Notes: generated from the sequence alone by a model not told the origin. 64,000 nucleotides of DNA from Gemmatimonadota bacterium (GCA_040389905.1 JAZJZK010000004.1:1-64000), one strand, 5' to 3'. Shown: positions 8,375 to 20,896, numbered from the stretch's first letter. A program made the numbers and translations.

Positions 8375-10716
8375 TGGATATTGCTACTGAAGAAACGCTG
8401 CTCCAGGGACTGAATCCGGCACAGCACGAAGCGGTACTGCACGTCGATGGTCCGCTCCTCGTTCTCGCCGGCGCGGGGTCGGGAAAAACGCGTGTCCTGA
8501 CGATGCGACTGGCACGCCTCATCGACACCCACGGCGTCGATCCGAGCCGGATTCTCGCGGTGACCTTCACGAACAAGGCAGCGGGAGAGATGCGGAACCG
8601 CATCGGCCGGCTCCTCGGCCGCGCGCCCACCGGCATGTGGGTTGGCACCTTCCACGCAATCGGTGCGCGCATGCTCCGCGCTGCACCGCACCTCGTGGGC
8701 CTCAACCAGTCGTTCACGATCTACGATCAGGACGATGCGCAGGGCGTCGTGAAGCGCATCATGGAGCGGCACCGCATCAACCCGAAGAACTTTACGCCGC
8801 GCGGCATTCACGGGAAGATTTCCGACGCGAAGAACGCGTTGGTTTTTCCTGCCGAGTACGAATCGCTGGCGATGGATCCCTTCGCCCGCGCGGTGGCGGT
8901 CGTGTACCGCGACTATGGCGACGAATTGCGGAAGTCGAACGCCGTGGATTTCGACGATCTGCTGCTGCTCCCCGTGCGGATGCTTGCGGAGAATTCCGCA
9001 GAGCTGGACAAGTACCGGCGCAAGTTTCGCTACATCCTGGTGGACGAGTATCAGGACACCAATCGGGCGCAGTACATGTTCGTGAAGCATCTGGCGGGAG
9101 GCCATGGCAACCTGTGCGTCGTCGGTGACGACGATCAATCGATCTACGGGTGGCGCGGCGCGGACATCCGAAACATCCTCGACTTCAAGAAGGATTTTCC
9201 AAACGCGCACGTCGTTCGGCTCGAGGAGAATTATCGCAGTACGCCCGAGGTACTCGAGCTTGCGAACGTCGTCATCAGTGTCAACACGGGGCGCATGGGC
9301 AAGACGCTGCGTCCCACGCGCGCGAGTGGCGAGTTGGTCACGGCGGTCCGCTGTCTCGACGAGCGCGACGAGGCGGATTTCATCGTCGAGGAACTCGTTG
9401 CACGCCGTTCGCAGTCGTCAGGCAGTACGCTGCGCGACTTCGCGGTCGTCTATCGCACCAATTCACAGAGTCGCGCGCTCGAAGAGGCGTTGCGCAAGAA
9501 GGCGATCGCCTATCGTCTTGTCGGCACTGTGCGCTTCTACGACCGACGCGAAGTGCGCGACCTCATGGCGTATCTCAAGCTCATCGCGAATCCAGCGGAT
9601 GATGAAGCATTCCGCCGCGCGGTTGCGGTGCCAAAGCGCGGGCTTGGTGATACCACGATCGAACAAGTCTCCCTCGCGTCGCGCGAGGCGGGTATCTCCA
9701 TGCTCGGCGTCTCCGAGCGCCCCGAACTGCTCGGCGCGATCCGGCCGGCTGCGCGCAATGCCCTGGCTGAGTTTGCGGGGATGATTCGGCGCTTCGGCGA
9801 GTCTGCGCGGGAAGCGGCGGTGGACGAGTTGCTTCGGCAGGTTATCGAAGGCATCCGATACGACGAGTATCTGAAGGGAGAGGGGCCCGAGGGCGCGGAC
9901 CGCATCGAGAACGTTCGCGAATTGGTGACCAGCGCCAAGGAGCAGGTCGTGGACGAGGAGGGTGAGGTTGGACTGACGCCACTCGACCACTTCCTCCAGA
10001 AAGCGATGCTCGTTGCGGAGTTGGACAAATTGGGTCCGGACGCCGACGCCGTGACGCTGATGACGTTACACAATGCCAAGGGGCTCGAGTTTCCGGTCGT
10101 CTTCATTGCCGGACTCGAGGACGGACTCTTTCCGCTCGCCAAGGCATTCGACGACCCGCCACTGATGGAAGAGGAGCGGCGCCTCTTCTACGTCGGCATC
10201 ACGCGCGCGGAACGTAAGTTGTTCTTGACGTACGCGGAGGGGCGCAGGCGCAACGGCGAATTCATGCAGTCGAAGGCCTCCACCTTCCTGCAGGACATTC
10301 CGCCGACGATGCTCGAACAGAAAAAGACGATCAAGGTGCGCAGTTCCGGGCGGTCCTTCATGGGATCACTCAGCGGTGGAAGCCAGTGGGGAAACGCTCG
10401 CGGCCGCGGAGTGGACCATCCTGTGCGGGAAGAGTGGAGCCAGCGCGAGAGCGCCTTTCCGCCGAGCGCGTCGCAGCGCCGTCCGGGCACGCCCGTGACC
10501 CGCTTCGCGTCTCACGATGTCGCGGAAGAGTCGCAGGACGCTGCGGTCATTGCCGTCGGCTCGCGGGTAAAACATCGAAAGTTCGGCAGCGGGAAGATTG
10601 TGGAGCTCGCTGGCGCGGGGCGCGACCTCAAGGCAAAGATTGATTTCGACGACGAGGAGATTGGCCGCAAGACGCTCGTTGTCGCACAGGCGAACCTGGA
10701 GCGGGACATCGAATAG
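8374..10716 (+). CDS. pcrA: UvrD/PcrA ATP-dependent DNA helicase
   Basis: AGAGSGKT, TFTNKAA, LVDEYQD, GDDDQSIY, LEENYRS, EEERRLFYVG, C-terminal Tudor-like HRKFGSG. Confidence 0.93.
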   Translation: MDIATEETLLQGLNPAQHEAVLHVDGPLLVLAGAGSGKTRVLTMRLARLIDTHGVDPSRILAVTFTNKAAGEMRNRIGRLLGRAPTGMWVGTFHAIGARMLRAAPHLVGLNQSFTIYDQDDAQGVVKRIMERHRINPKNFTPRGIHGKISDAKNALVFPAEYESLAMDPFARAVAVVYRDYGDELRKSNAVDFDDLLLLPVRMLAENSAELDKYRRKFRYILVDEYQDTNRAQYMFVKHLAGGHGNLCVVGDDDQSIYGWRGADIRNILDFKKDFPNAHVVRLEENYRSTPEVLELANVVISVNTGRMGKTLRPTRASGELVTAVRCLDERDEADFIVEELVARRSQSSGSTLRDFAVVYRTNSQSRALEEALRKKAIAYRLVGTVRFYDRREVRDLMAYLKLIANPADDEAFRRAVAVPKRGLGDTTIEQVSLASREAGISMLGVSERPELLGAIRPAARNALAEFAGMIRRFGESAREAAVDELLRQVIEGIRYDEYLKGEGPEGADRIENVRELVTSAKEQVVDEEGEVGLTPLDHFLQKAMLVAELDKLGPDADAVTLMTLHNAKGLEFPVVFIAGLEDGLFPLAKAFDDPPLMEEERRLFYVGITRAERKLFLTYAEGRRRNGEFMQSKASTFLQDIPPTMLEQKKTIKVRSSGRSFMGSLSGGSQWGNARGRGVDHPVREEWSQRESAFPPSASQRRPGTPVTRFASHDVAEESQDAAVIAVGSRVKHRKFGSGKIVELAGAGRDLKAKIDFDDEEIGRKTLVVAQANLERDIE

Positions 10717-11024
10717 TGGCCATAACAATCGAAGACGTCCGGCACATCGCGGCGCTCGCTCGCCTCGGGATGACGGACGAGCGCGCGACGGTCATCGTGG
10801 GAGAGCTGAACACGATCCTGAGCCACATGGATGCCCTGTCACAGGTCAAAACCGAGGGGGTGCAGGAGGCCATCGGCGTTGGGGCGCGCGGCCTGCCCAC
10901 GCGCAGCGACAGCGGCCCGCCGATGCCACTCGAGCGTGCGTTGCACACGTTTGCGCCGAGCGTACGCGAGGGATTTCTGCTGGTGCCGCGGTTGTCGACG
11001 CACGAATCGCCGGCGGACGCATGA
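10716..11024 (+). CDS. gatC: Asp/Glu-tRNA amidotransferase subunit C
   Basis: ITIEDVRHIAALARL ... FLLVPR; directly precedes gatA. Confidence 0.9.
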   Translation: MAITIEDVRHIAALARLGMTDERATVIVGELNTILSHMDALSQVKTEGVQEAIGVGARGLPTRSDSGPPMPLERALHTFAPSVREGFLLVPRLSTHESPADA

Positions 11025-12472
11025 GTCAGCCGTCTCCCGCCGCGAAGGCACTGATCGAGGATACGATCGGATTGCGCTGCTCGCCGTCGTCGACCGTCGA
11101 TTGCGCGATTGCACGTGCGGACGCCGTCGGGGCGGGGCAGGAGCACCTCAACATTTTTGTTTCGACCGATACCGCGGATGCGCGACGTCACGCGGCAGCA
11201 ACGGCGGCGATGCTCGGCGATCAGACTCCGGCGTTGCTGTGCGGTGTACCGGTCTCGATCAAGGACAACATCGCCACCACGACGCTCACGACGTCGTGCG
11301 GCTCGCGGATACTTGAAGGGTACGTCAGCCCATACGAAGCCACAGTCGTCACCAAGCTTCGCGCTGCGGGCGCGATTCCGTTCGGAAAGACGAACATGGA
11401 CGAATTCGCGATGGGGTCGTCGACCGAGAACAGCGCATACGGGCCCACGCGCAATCCCCTCGCACACGACCGCGTCCCGGGCGGTTCCTCGGGCGGTTCG
11501 GCGGCAGCCGTTGCGGCCGGCATCGTGCCAATCGCGCTCGGCTCCGAAACGGGCGGCTCGGTAAGGCAGCCTGCGGCATTCTGCGGCATCGTCGGTGTGA
11601 AGCCGACATACGGTCGGGTCAGCAGATTCGGCCTGGTCGCCTTCGCCTCGTCGCTCGACCATATCGGCGTGCTTGGCGCAACGGTGGATGATGCGGCTCG
11701 CGGGCTACACGTCATCGCGGGCCACGATTCACGCGATTCGACGTCGGTCGACTGCGAGGTGCCGGAGTACTACAACGCGCATGCCTTCCCGTTGAAGGGA
11801 ATGGTGGTTGGCCGTCCGAAGGAGTATTTCCCGGAGAACCTGGACGCACGCATCCGCGCCCTCTGCGATGCATCGCTCGAGCGGCTGCGGGGACTCGGCG
11901 CGGAGATTCGTGACGTGTCACTTCCGCATACCGAGCTCGCCATCCCGGTGTACTACATCATCGCACCGGCAGAGGCATCGTCGAATCTCGCGCGTTTTGA
12001 CGGCGTGAGGTATGGCTTGCGCATCGAGGGCGACGGGTTGCGCGGCATGTACGAAGCGACGCGCTCGAACGGCTTTGGCGCCGAGGTGACGCGACGAATC
12101 CTCCTCGGCACGTACGTGCTGAGTGCGGGCTACTACGACGCGTACTATCGCAAGGCGCAGCAGGTTCGCACGCTGATTGCGCGAGACTTCAGCACGGTAT
12201 TCGCCAGCGGCGTTGACGTCCTGTTCACGCCGACGGCACCGACCACGGCATTCAAGATCGGGGCGATCTCGGACCCGTACGAGATGTACATGAGCGACAT
12301 CTTCACGGTCACGGCCAACCTCGCCGGCGTCCCGGCGATGTCACAGCCGATCGGCCGCGTCGACGGGCTTCCGGTGGGCGGGCAATTCATCGCCGCGCAT
12401 TTCAACGAGATGAAGATGTTCACGGCCGCGTATGCGCTCGAGCATGCCCTCGGGAGCGAGGTGCACGTATGA
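11021..12472 (+). CDS. gatA: Asp/Glu-tRNA amidotransferase subunit A
   Basis: KTNMDEFAMGSS, PGGSSGGS, GSETGGSVRQPA, SSNLARFDG. Confidence 0.95.
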   Translation: MSQPSPAAKALIEDTIGLRCSPSSTVDCAIARADAVGAGQEHLNIFVSTDTADARRHAAATAAMLGDQTPALLCGVPVSIKDNIATTTLTTSCGSRILEGYVSPYEATVVTKLRAAGAIPFGKTNMDEFAMGSSTENSAYGPTRNPLAHDRVPGGSSGGSAAAVAAGIVPIALGSETGGSVRQPAAFCGIVGVKPTYGRVSRFGLVAFASSLDHIGVLGATVDDAARGLHVIAGHDSRDSTSVDCEVPEYYNAHAFPLKGMVVGRPKEYFPENLDARIRALCDASLERLRGLGAEIRDVSLPHTELAIPVYYIIAPAEASSNLARFDGVRYGLRIEGDGLRGMYEATRSNGFGAEVTRRILLGTYVLSAGYYDAYYRKAQQVRTLIARDFSTVFASGVDVLFTPTAPTTAFKIGAISDPYEMYMSDIFTVTANLAGVPAMSQPIGRVDGLPVGGQFIAAHFNEMKMFTAAYALEHALGSEVHV

Positions 12473-13923
12473 CGACCGCCCGGATGCTTGACGACTGGGA
12501 GATGGTGGTTGGGCTCGAGGTGCACGTGCAGCTCAAGACGCGCACGAAGATCTTCTGTGCGTGCGCGACGAATTTCGGCGCGGCGCCGAACGTCAACACG
12601 TGTCCCGTCTGTCTCGCTTTGCCGGGCGCGCTGCCGGTCCTCAACGCGCACGCCGTCGAACTCGCGGCGCGCGCGGCACTGGCCATCAACTGCACGGTAA
12701 ATCCCACCTCGGTCTTCGCGCGAAAGAACTACTTCTATCCCGATTCACCGAAGGGCTATCAGATCTCGCAATTCGACAAGCCGCTGGCGACAGGCGGCTT
12801 CATCGACATCGGACACCGCGCCGATGGATCGCCCATTCGTATCTGCGTAACGCGCGTGCACATGGAGGAGGACGCCGGCAAGTCCATCCATGACCGGTTC
12901 GCTGAGGTGAGTGCGATCGATCTCAATCGCTCGGGGACGCCGCTGATCGAAATCGTCAGCGAACCCGACATTCGGTCGGCGGAGGAAGCGGGCGCGTATC
13001 TGCGTGTCCTCAAGCAAATCCTCGAGTACATCGAGGTCAGCGACGTCAACATGGAGGAAGGAAGCCTTCGCGTCGATGCAAATGTCTCTGCGCGCCGCCG
13101 TGGCGAAACGACGCTCGGCACGAAGGCGGAAGTGAAGAACCTGAACTCATTCTCTGGCGTCGAGCGGGCGCTTGAGGTCGAGTTCAGCCGCCAGGTCGCG
13201 CTATTGAGCGCCGGCGGAAGAGTCGAGCAGCAGACGATGCTCTGGGACGAGCGGGCGAACGAGGTTCGACCGAGCCGGACCAAGGAGGGCAGTCACGACT
13301 ACCGCTACTTCCCCGAGCCAGACTTGCCGGCGCTCATTCTCTCGACCGACTGGATCAACAAGCAGCGGGACGACCTTCCCGAATTGCCGGCACAGCGCCG
13401 CGCGCGTTTCGCCAGCGAATACGGGTTGGGAGCGTACGACATCGACGTCCTCACGGCTGGCCCTCGTCTCGCCGAATACTTCGAGGCGGTCGCGCGGGCG
13501 CACGGAGACCCCAAGGTCGCGGCAAACTGGGTCATGGGTGAGGTACTCGGCCAGCTCAAGGCCACCGGTCAGGGGCTCGACAGCTTCAACGTTCGGCCAG
13601 CGGATCTTGCCCAATTGCTCGATCTCGTGCGCGACGGTGTCGTCAGCCACACGGCCGGGAAGCAAATCTTCAATCACATGCTCGCAACGGGTGGCCTGCC
13701 CTCCGAGATCGCGGTACGCGAAGGACTGATCAAGGTCGACGATGACGCGCAACTCGCAGCGTGGCTTGACGAAGTCCTCGCCGAGCTACCGGCTGAAGCG
13801 AAGCGCTTTCGAAAGGGGGAGACGAAGCTCCAGGGCGTCCTCATCGGCGCAACGATGAAGAAGTCCAAGGGTCGCGCCGATCCGAAGAAGCTTGCTCAGT
13901 TGTTGGGGAAGTTGGCCGAGTAG
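12469..13923 (+). CDS. gatB: Asp/Glu-tRNA amidotransferase subunit B
   Basis: GLEVHVQL, RKNYFYPD.PKGYQISQ, HMEEDAGKS, DYRYFPEPDL. Confidence 0.97.
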   Translation: MTTARMLDDWEMVVGLEVHVQLKTRTKIFCACATNFGAAPNVNTCPVCLALPGALPVLNAHAVELAARAALAINCTVNPTSVFARKNYFYPDSPKGYQISQFDKPLATGGFIDIGHRADGSPIRICVTRVHMEEDAGKSIHDRFAEVSAIDLNRSGTPLIEIVSEPDIRSAEEAGAYLRVLKQILEYIEVSDVNMEEGSLRVDANVSARRRGETTLGTKAEVKNLNSFSGVERALEVEFSRQVALLSAGGRVEQQTMLWDERANEVRPSRTKEGSHDYRYFPEPDLPALILSTDWINKQRDDLPELPAQRRARFASEYGLGAYDIDVLTAGPRLAEYFEAVARAHGDPKVAANWVMGEVLGQLKATGQGLDSFNVRPADLAQLLDLVRDGVVSHTAGKQIFNHMLATGGLPSEIAVREGLIKVDDDAQLAAWLDEVLAELPAEAKRFRKGETKLQGVLIGATMKKSKGRADPKKLAQLLGKLAE

Positions 13924-14825
13924 ATGGGCTTGTCGAGGCGTTCCACGTAACCGAGTCCGGTTGCGGGCAATCCGAAGTGCCGCTCTGCCTCCGCGAGTAC
14001 TTTCACCGCGCCGCCGGCACGCATCGCTTCACGACGGACCTGCTTGGCTCGCCGCAGTGCTTCGTCGCCGGAGGGATCGAGCTTGTACGGTGACGAATGC
14101 TCGAAATGGATGAGGAAGTCGATGACGTAGTCGTAGGAACAGGCGACGTAGCGCGCGACCTCAGCATCCGCGAGGTCCCAGCGGCTGTTCTCCATCATCA
14201 GTCCGAAAATTTTCTGCCAGCCATCGCTGTCGGCGGCATGGACCATTCCGCGAAACAGGCGCCGGTTCGTCTGCGTGCTGAAGATGGTGGGGCTGAGAAT
14301 CCGATCGAGCAGTCCGTCGGCGCGAGAGTGGTCGAGCAGAATGAGGTCACGCGCTTGTCGCGCACAGGCCGGCCCGAGGTGTGTCTCGAAACGACTTTCC
14401 CAATAGCTGTGACCGAGTGACGACGTGCTGGCGGTGACCGCGAGTTGTTTGGGCACGAAGTGGTTGTGCGCGATCGAGTCTGCGGCGAGATGCGCGAGAT
14501 ACCCAAGCGCAAAGGCGCGCAGGGGTTCGTCGGGCGCCGCCGCGTGAATCTCGAGGCCGATGTTCCAGGAATGGCAGTGACGTCCGGTGGGGACGTATTT
14601 CTTTGCCATGCTGGTGTCGGCGGCAATCGAGCCATAGAGAAACTGGTGCGGAAAGGCGCGCAACAGGTCGGCGATCGAGCCAGGAAGAAAATGCAGGGAG
14701 CGCAGCACCGCGTCACCGAGGAACACGTGCGTTCCTGGCGTCCAGGCGTAGGCGGGGTGGGGGAAGAGCGCGACGACACACAGCGCGACGGCGGTCAGTC
14801 CGCCGAGTCGCGCCAGTGTCGTCAG
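13896..14825 (-). CDS. zinc-dependent phospholipase C family protein (start uncertain)
   Basis: signal peptide ending AYA-W, W..GTH N-terminus, GYLAHLAADSIAH, H.YWE motifs; 3' end overlaps gatB by 28 bp. Confidence 0.7.
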   Translation of the reverse strand: MTTLARLGGLTAVALCVVALFPHPAYAWTPGTHVFLGDAVLRSLHFLPGSIADLLRAFPHQFLYGSIAADTSMAKKYVPTGRHCHSWNIGLEIHAAAPDEPLRAFALGYLAHLAADSIAHNHFVPKQLAVTASTSSLGHSYWESRFETHLGPACARQARDLILLDHSRADGLLDRILSPTIFSTQTNRRLFRGMVHAADSDGWQKIFGLMMENSRWDLADAEVARYVACSYDYVIDFLIHFEHSSPYKLDPSGDEALRRAKQVRREAMRAGGAVKVLAEAERHFGLPATGLGYVERLDKPIYSANFPNN

Positions 14826-14841
14826 CCAGCGGCGTGAACGA

Positions 14842-15264
14842 TCAGATGCCGAAGTTCTTTCGCTGGCGGCGGAGCGCGCGCCGGAGGTCGCGCAGTTCGT
14901 TCCGCATGAAGCCATCGATGCGGTCGCGCGCCGCGCCGACCGTTTCGCGAACATTGCTCTCGATTTCATCGGCGGGGATGCGATCGATGAGCTCACCACC
15001 ATGCTCGCGCGCCCACGCGGCTCCCGCCGCGCCGGCCCGAAACGCCGACTTGCCCGCTCGCCCGGCTCCGCGGAGGACGGGCAACAGCGGACGCTCGCCC
15101 GAGGGCCCGCGCCTGATGAGCAGTGTTGCGGTTGCGCCGATCGCTGCCCCGATGAGTGCTGCGGTGAGCAGGTCGTACTGCGCTTCACGCGTGTCCCCGC
15201 CTTCGCGGGCGGACTCGCGGACGCGTGGTCCCCGCTTGGGCCGAATCGGGATCGTCGTAGCCAT
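14842..15264 (-). CDS. small membrane protein (YtxH-like)
   Basis: LIGAAIGATATLL hydrophobic stretch followed by an amphipathic helix. Confidence 0.5.
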   Translation of the reverse strand: MATTIPIRPKRGPRVRESAREGGDTREAQYDLLTAALIGAAIGATATLLIRRGPSGERPLLPVLRGAGRAGKSAFRAGAAGAAWAREHGGELIDRIPADEIESNVRETVGAARDRIDGFMRNELRDLRRALRRQRKNFGI

Positions 15265-15832
15265 CTTCGAGCTCCTCTGACGTCGGGAGGCCCGCGTCGA
15301 ACGCGTCCTCCTCATCGTCTTCATTGTGAAGCGACGCGGCTCCCATGCGCACCCCGCGCACTGTTGACGCTGTCGCGACGAACACTCCTTCTGCTTCCTG
15401 TTGCACCACCTCGAGCAGCGCGTTGAACTCGTTCAGCCGCCGTTCCGTCAGTGCCACGGCCTGCTGCAGACGCTCATTGGCCGCCGCGATCGTGAGGTGG
15501 ACCTGCTGCACGTCCGTTCGAACCGAGGTCGTGATGTAGTTCACGTTGTCGGCAATCGCGCTGGCGTGCCGCACGATCGGATTGATGTCGCCGTAAATCC
15601 GGTCGAGCAATTCGCTGGTCTTCTTGTAGCTCTTCCTGAAATTCCACGCGGCAGGGGTCAATACGATTGCCAGCACGAGCAATGCAATGGACATCAATGC
15701 GCTCGTGACCGCTGCCGTCTTCTCGAACCATCCCGACTCCTGTCCGACCTGCCGCATCAGCACGGTGTCGGCATGCGCCGCCTGCACCAGTAGCCACGTA
15801 CCAGCGCGAACGAACGAAACGATCATCGGCAA
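15185..15832 (-). CDS. DUF948-like membrane-anchored coiled-coil protein
   Basis: single TM followed by long helical repeats and an acidic tail. Confidence 0.55.
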   Translation of the reverse strand: MPMIVSFVRAGTWLLVQAAHADTVLMRQVGQESGWFEKTAAVTSALMSIALLVLAIVLTPAAWNFRKSYKKTSELLDRIYGDINPIVRHASAIADNVNYITTSVRTDVQQVHLTIAAANERLQQAVALTERRLNEFNALLEVVQQEAEGVFVATASTVRGVRMGAASLHNEDDEEDAFDAGLPTSEELEDGYDDPDSAQAGTTRPRVRPRRRGHA

Positions 15833-16044
15833 CCTGAGCTAGAGAACCGCCGGCTTCGCGATGTGCAAGGGCGGGGCCATGGCGAGACGATAGTGGATGT
15901 GGGGAAGATATGGAACAGGGACCAGGTGCTGGTGCTAGCAACTGCGCTTGACCTAGCTCCTAGTCCCTTACTTGCATCTACGCACTATCTTCCGGCCGTT
16001 CACCGCCGCGTCAGAACAGCGGCTCGACCCATCGCACGCACCAC

Positions 16045-17343
16045 ATGCCAGCCATGCAGTATGTCGTCCAGGGCGGAAACACCCTCGCGGGACGCATTCG
16101 CCCGTCCGGGAACAAGAACGCCGCGCTCCCCATTGTCGCGGCGGCGCTGCTGTGCGACGAGCCGGTGCACCTCAAGAATGTCCCGAGGATCAAGGACGTC
16201 GAAACGCTCGTCCTTCTCCTCAAATCGGTCGGCGCCACCGCCGAATGGACCGCGCGCAACGAACTGACCATTCACGCGCAGACGGTGCGTGCCGCCGAAC
16301 TCGATCCTGAGCTCTGCCGGAAGATCCGGGCCTCGATTCTTCTCGCGGGCCCGCTCCTCGCCCGCTGTGGGGAAATCGTCCTGCCTCCACCTGGCGGAGA
16401 TGTCATCGGCCGGCGACGCGTCGACACGCACTTTCTCGCGCTCCAACAGCTTGGTGCCTCGTTCGAGATGGACGAGGCCTTCATCCTGCGCGCTGACAAG
16501 ATGAAGGGCGCGGATGTGTTTCTCGATGAGCCCAGCGTCACGGCGACGGAGAACGCGCTCGCGGCGGCCACGGCGGCAGAGGGAACGACGGTTCTGCGCA
16601 ATGCGGCCAGCGAGCCCCACGTCCAGGATCTCGCTCGCTTCCTGGTGGCGATGGGCGCCAGCATCGAGGGCATCGGCACCAATACGATCACCATCCACGG
16701 GGGCCGGCCGCTTCACGGATGCACCCACGAGATCGGACCCGACCACATCGAGGTGGGGTCCTTCATCGGGCTGGCTGCCGTCACGCGTTCCGAGATCACG
16801 ATCGAGCAGGCCGGTGTCGAACACCTTCGTTCGACGCTGATGGGTTTCGAGCGGCTCGGCGTTGTATGTCGTGTCGAAGGGAAGGACCTCATCGTGCCGG
16901 GCAATCAGGAGATGGTCATTCGGAGCGACCTCGGCGGCGCCGTCCCGAAGCTGGAAGATCAGCCGTGGCCGGCGTTCCCCGCGGATACGATGTCGATTGC
17001 GCTCGTCACGGCGACGCAGTGTAGCGGCGTGATCGTCATTCACGAAAAGATGTTCGAATCGCGCCTGTTTTTCGTGGACAAACTCATCGGCATGGGCGCG
17101 CGCATCGTGCTGTGCGATCCACATCGGGCGGTCGTCGTCGGGCCCAACAAGCTGCACGGCGGTCGGGTGGAGTCTCCCGACATTCGCGCCGGTATGGCCA
17201 TGCTCCTCGCGGCGCTGTGCGCCGACGGCGAGAGCATCATCGACAACGTCGGACAGATCGAGCGGGGCTATGAGCGAATCGACGAGCGGCTCCGCGCGCT
17301 CGGGGCGGCAGTCGAGCGCGTCGAGGATCGTCGAACGAAGTGA
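16045..17343 (+). CDS. murA: UDP-N-acetylglucosamine 1-carboxyvinyltransferase
   Basis: SGNKNAALP, RASILLAGP, SVTATEN, NAASEPHV, PDIRAG, IERGYE. Confidence 0.95.
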   Translation: MPAMQYVVQGGNTLAGRIRPSGNKNAALPIVAAALLCDEPVHLKNVPRIKDVETLVLLLKSVGATAEWTARNELTIHAQTVRAAELDPELCRKIRASILLAGPLLARCGEIVLPPPGGDVIGRRRVDTHFLALQQLGASFEMDEAFILRADKMKGADVFLDEPSVTATENALAAATAAEGTTVLRNAASEPHVQDLARFLVAMGASIEGIGTNTITIHGGRPLHGCTHEIGPDHIEVGSFIGLAAVTRSEITIEQAGVEHLRSTLMGFERLGVVCRVEGKDLIVPGNQEMVIRSDLGGAVPKLEDQPWPAFPADTMSIALVTATQCSGVIVIHEKMFESRLFFVDKLIGMGARIVLCDPHRAVVVGPNKLHGGRVESPDIRAGMAMLLAALCADGESIIDNVGQIERGYERIDERLRALGAAVERVEDRRTK

Positions 17344-18056
17344 CGGCGGTGGATGTACGAGAGGGAGGCGAGGTCGTCGATTCCTTTGCGGAACTCGGCG
17401 TTCTCGCTTTTACCACAAGCCGGACTGTCGGGTCGTTCGGTACGCTCACGAGCGACCCGGTGCGTGAGGTCACCGCACGGTGGAGTGCTCTTCGGACGCT
17501 CATCGGCGGGAACGACGCGCAGTTGGCGACGTCTGCCCAGGTGCACGGGGCCGCGATCCTGAACCACGAGCGTAGCTGGCAGGGCTGGCTCCGCGGCCCG
17601 AACGCCGATGGGCACCTGGCGTGGGAGCGCGGAATCGCCATGGCCGTCACGGTTGCGGACTGCGTGCCGGTATTCATCGCGCATGCGAGTGGCGCGGTGG
17701 CCGCGTTGCACTCCGGTTGGCGGGGAACAGCGGCGCGCATCACCGAGAAGGCCATCGCGAGATTCGCGTCCGGCGGATGTGCTCCCGCCGAGCTGGTTCT
17801 GCACTGCGGACCGGCAATTTGCGGTGACTGCTACGAGGTGAGCGGAGACGTCTATGCGCAGCTCACCGGTACCGACCCCGGAAAGCCAACGCGCGTCGAC
17901 TTGCGTTCGCTCATTGCCGACCATGCGCGCGCCGCAGGGGTGCGGAGGATTTCGATCAGCCCGTTCTGCACGAAGTGCGATAACGACCGGTTTTATTCGC
18001 ACCGCGCGGGAGATGAGGGGAGGCAGCTTGGGGTGATTCAGGCGCGGACGGAGTGA
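17340..18056 (+). CDS. pgeF: peptidoglycan editing factor / YfiH multicopper oxidase-like protein
   Basis: QVHG, TVADCVP, HSGWRG, GPAIC..CYEV, FYSHR. Confidence 0.85.
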   Translation: MTAVDVREGGEVVDSFAELGVLAFTTSRTVGSFGTLTSDPVREVTARWSALRTLIGGNDAQLATSAQVHGAAILNHERSWQGWLRGPNADGHLAWERGIAMAVTVADCVPVFIAHASGAVAALHSGWRGTAARITEKAIARFASGGCAPAELVLHCGPAICGDCYEVSGDVYAQLTGTDPGKPTRVDLRSLIADHARAAGVRRISISPFCTKCDNDRFYSHRAGDEGRQLGVIQARTE

Positions 18057-18121
18057 GGGGCAGGCCTTCGCTTCGCTCCTCGATGGCTGGCGACAAAACG
18101 AGCGTGAGTCGCAGCTGAGTT

Positions 18122-18196
18122 AGGAACGGATGATTCCGATGCGACGGAAACAGCCGGATCAGGCAGTTTCCGTCGCATCCGTTCGAATCCGTTCCT
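18122..18196. repeat. intergenic palindrome (CGGAT/ATCCG-unit family)
   Basis: AGGAACGGAT..GATGCGACGGAAAC pairs with GTTTCCGTCGCATC..ATCCGTTCCT. Confidence 0.7.
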
Positions 18197-18297
18197 CAAT
18201 CTGTGGAATGCCTGGATATGCGATTTCGGTTGCACGGCGAAACCGAACCGAACGCTCTGAACGGCTGGCGGTCTGTGTGATCGTCGATTAACTTGAC

Positions 18298-18313
18298 TGG
18301 CGTGAAAGTTGCA
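18298..18313 (+). promoter_or_regulatory. putative sigma-54 (-24/-12) promoter upstream of the kdsB...rpoN operon
   Basis: TGGCGTGAAAGTTGCA = TGGC-N7-TTGCA, 17 bp before the kdsB GTG. Confidence 0.55.
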
Positions 18314-18330
18314 TCGCGCCGCCGCCCCGA

Positions 18331-20765
<2,435 letters not shown>

Positions 20766-20799
20766 GACTCGGTGTTACGGAAAGGGCATTTATCATTTC

Positions 20800-20896
20800 A
20801 CCGCAGAGGACGCAGAGGAGCAGAGGAACGCAGAGGACAACGTCACAGCAGTCGGTTTTCCTCTGCGCACCTCTGCTCCTCTGCGTCCTCTGCGGT
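20800..20896. repeat. 38-bp inverted repeat built from GCAGAGG units (REP-like palindrome)
   Basis: left arm 20800-20837 ACCGCAGAGGACGCAGAGGAGCAGAGGAACGCAGAGGA; right arm 20859-20896 is its reverse complement with 2 mismatches. Confidence 0.85.

Noticed and set aside
7654..9210. 518-aa minus-strand ORF
   Set aside because: Antisense shadow of the kinase and pcrA genes, typical of high-GC DNA; no motifs.
20800..20896. CRISPR array interpretation of the short repeats
   Set aside because: The units are 7-10 bp with no unique spacers and no cas genes; I saw no CRISPR array anywhere in the window.
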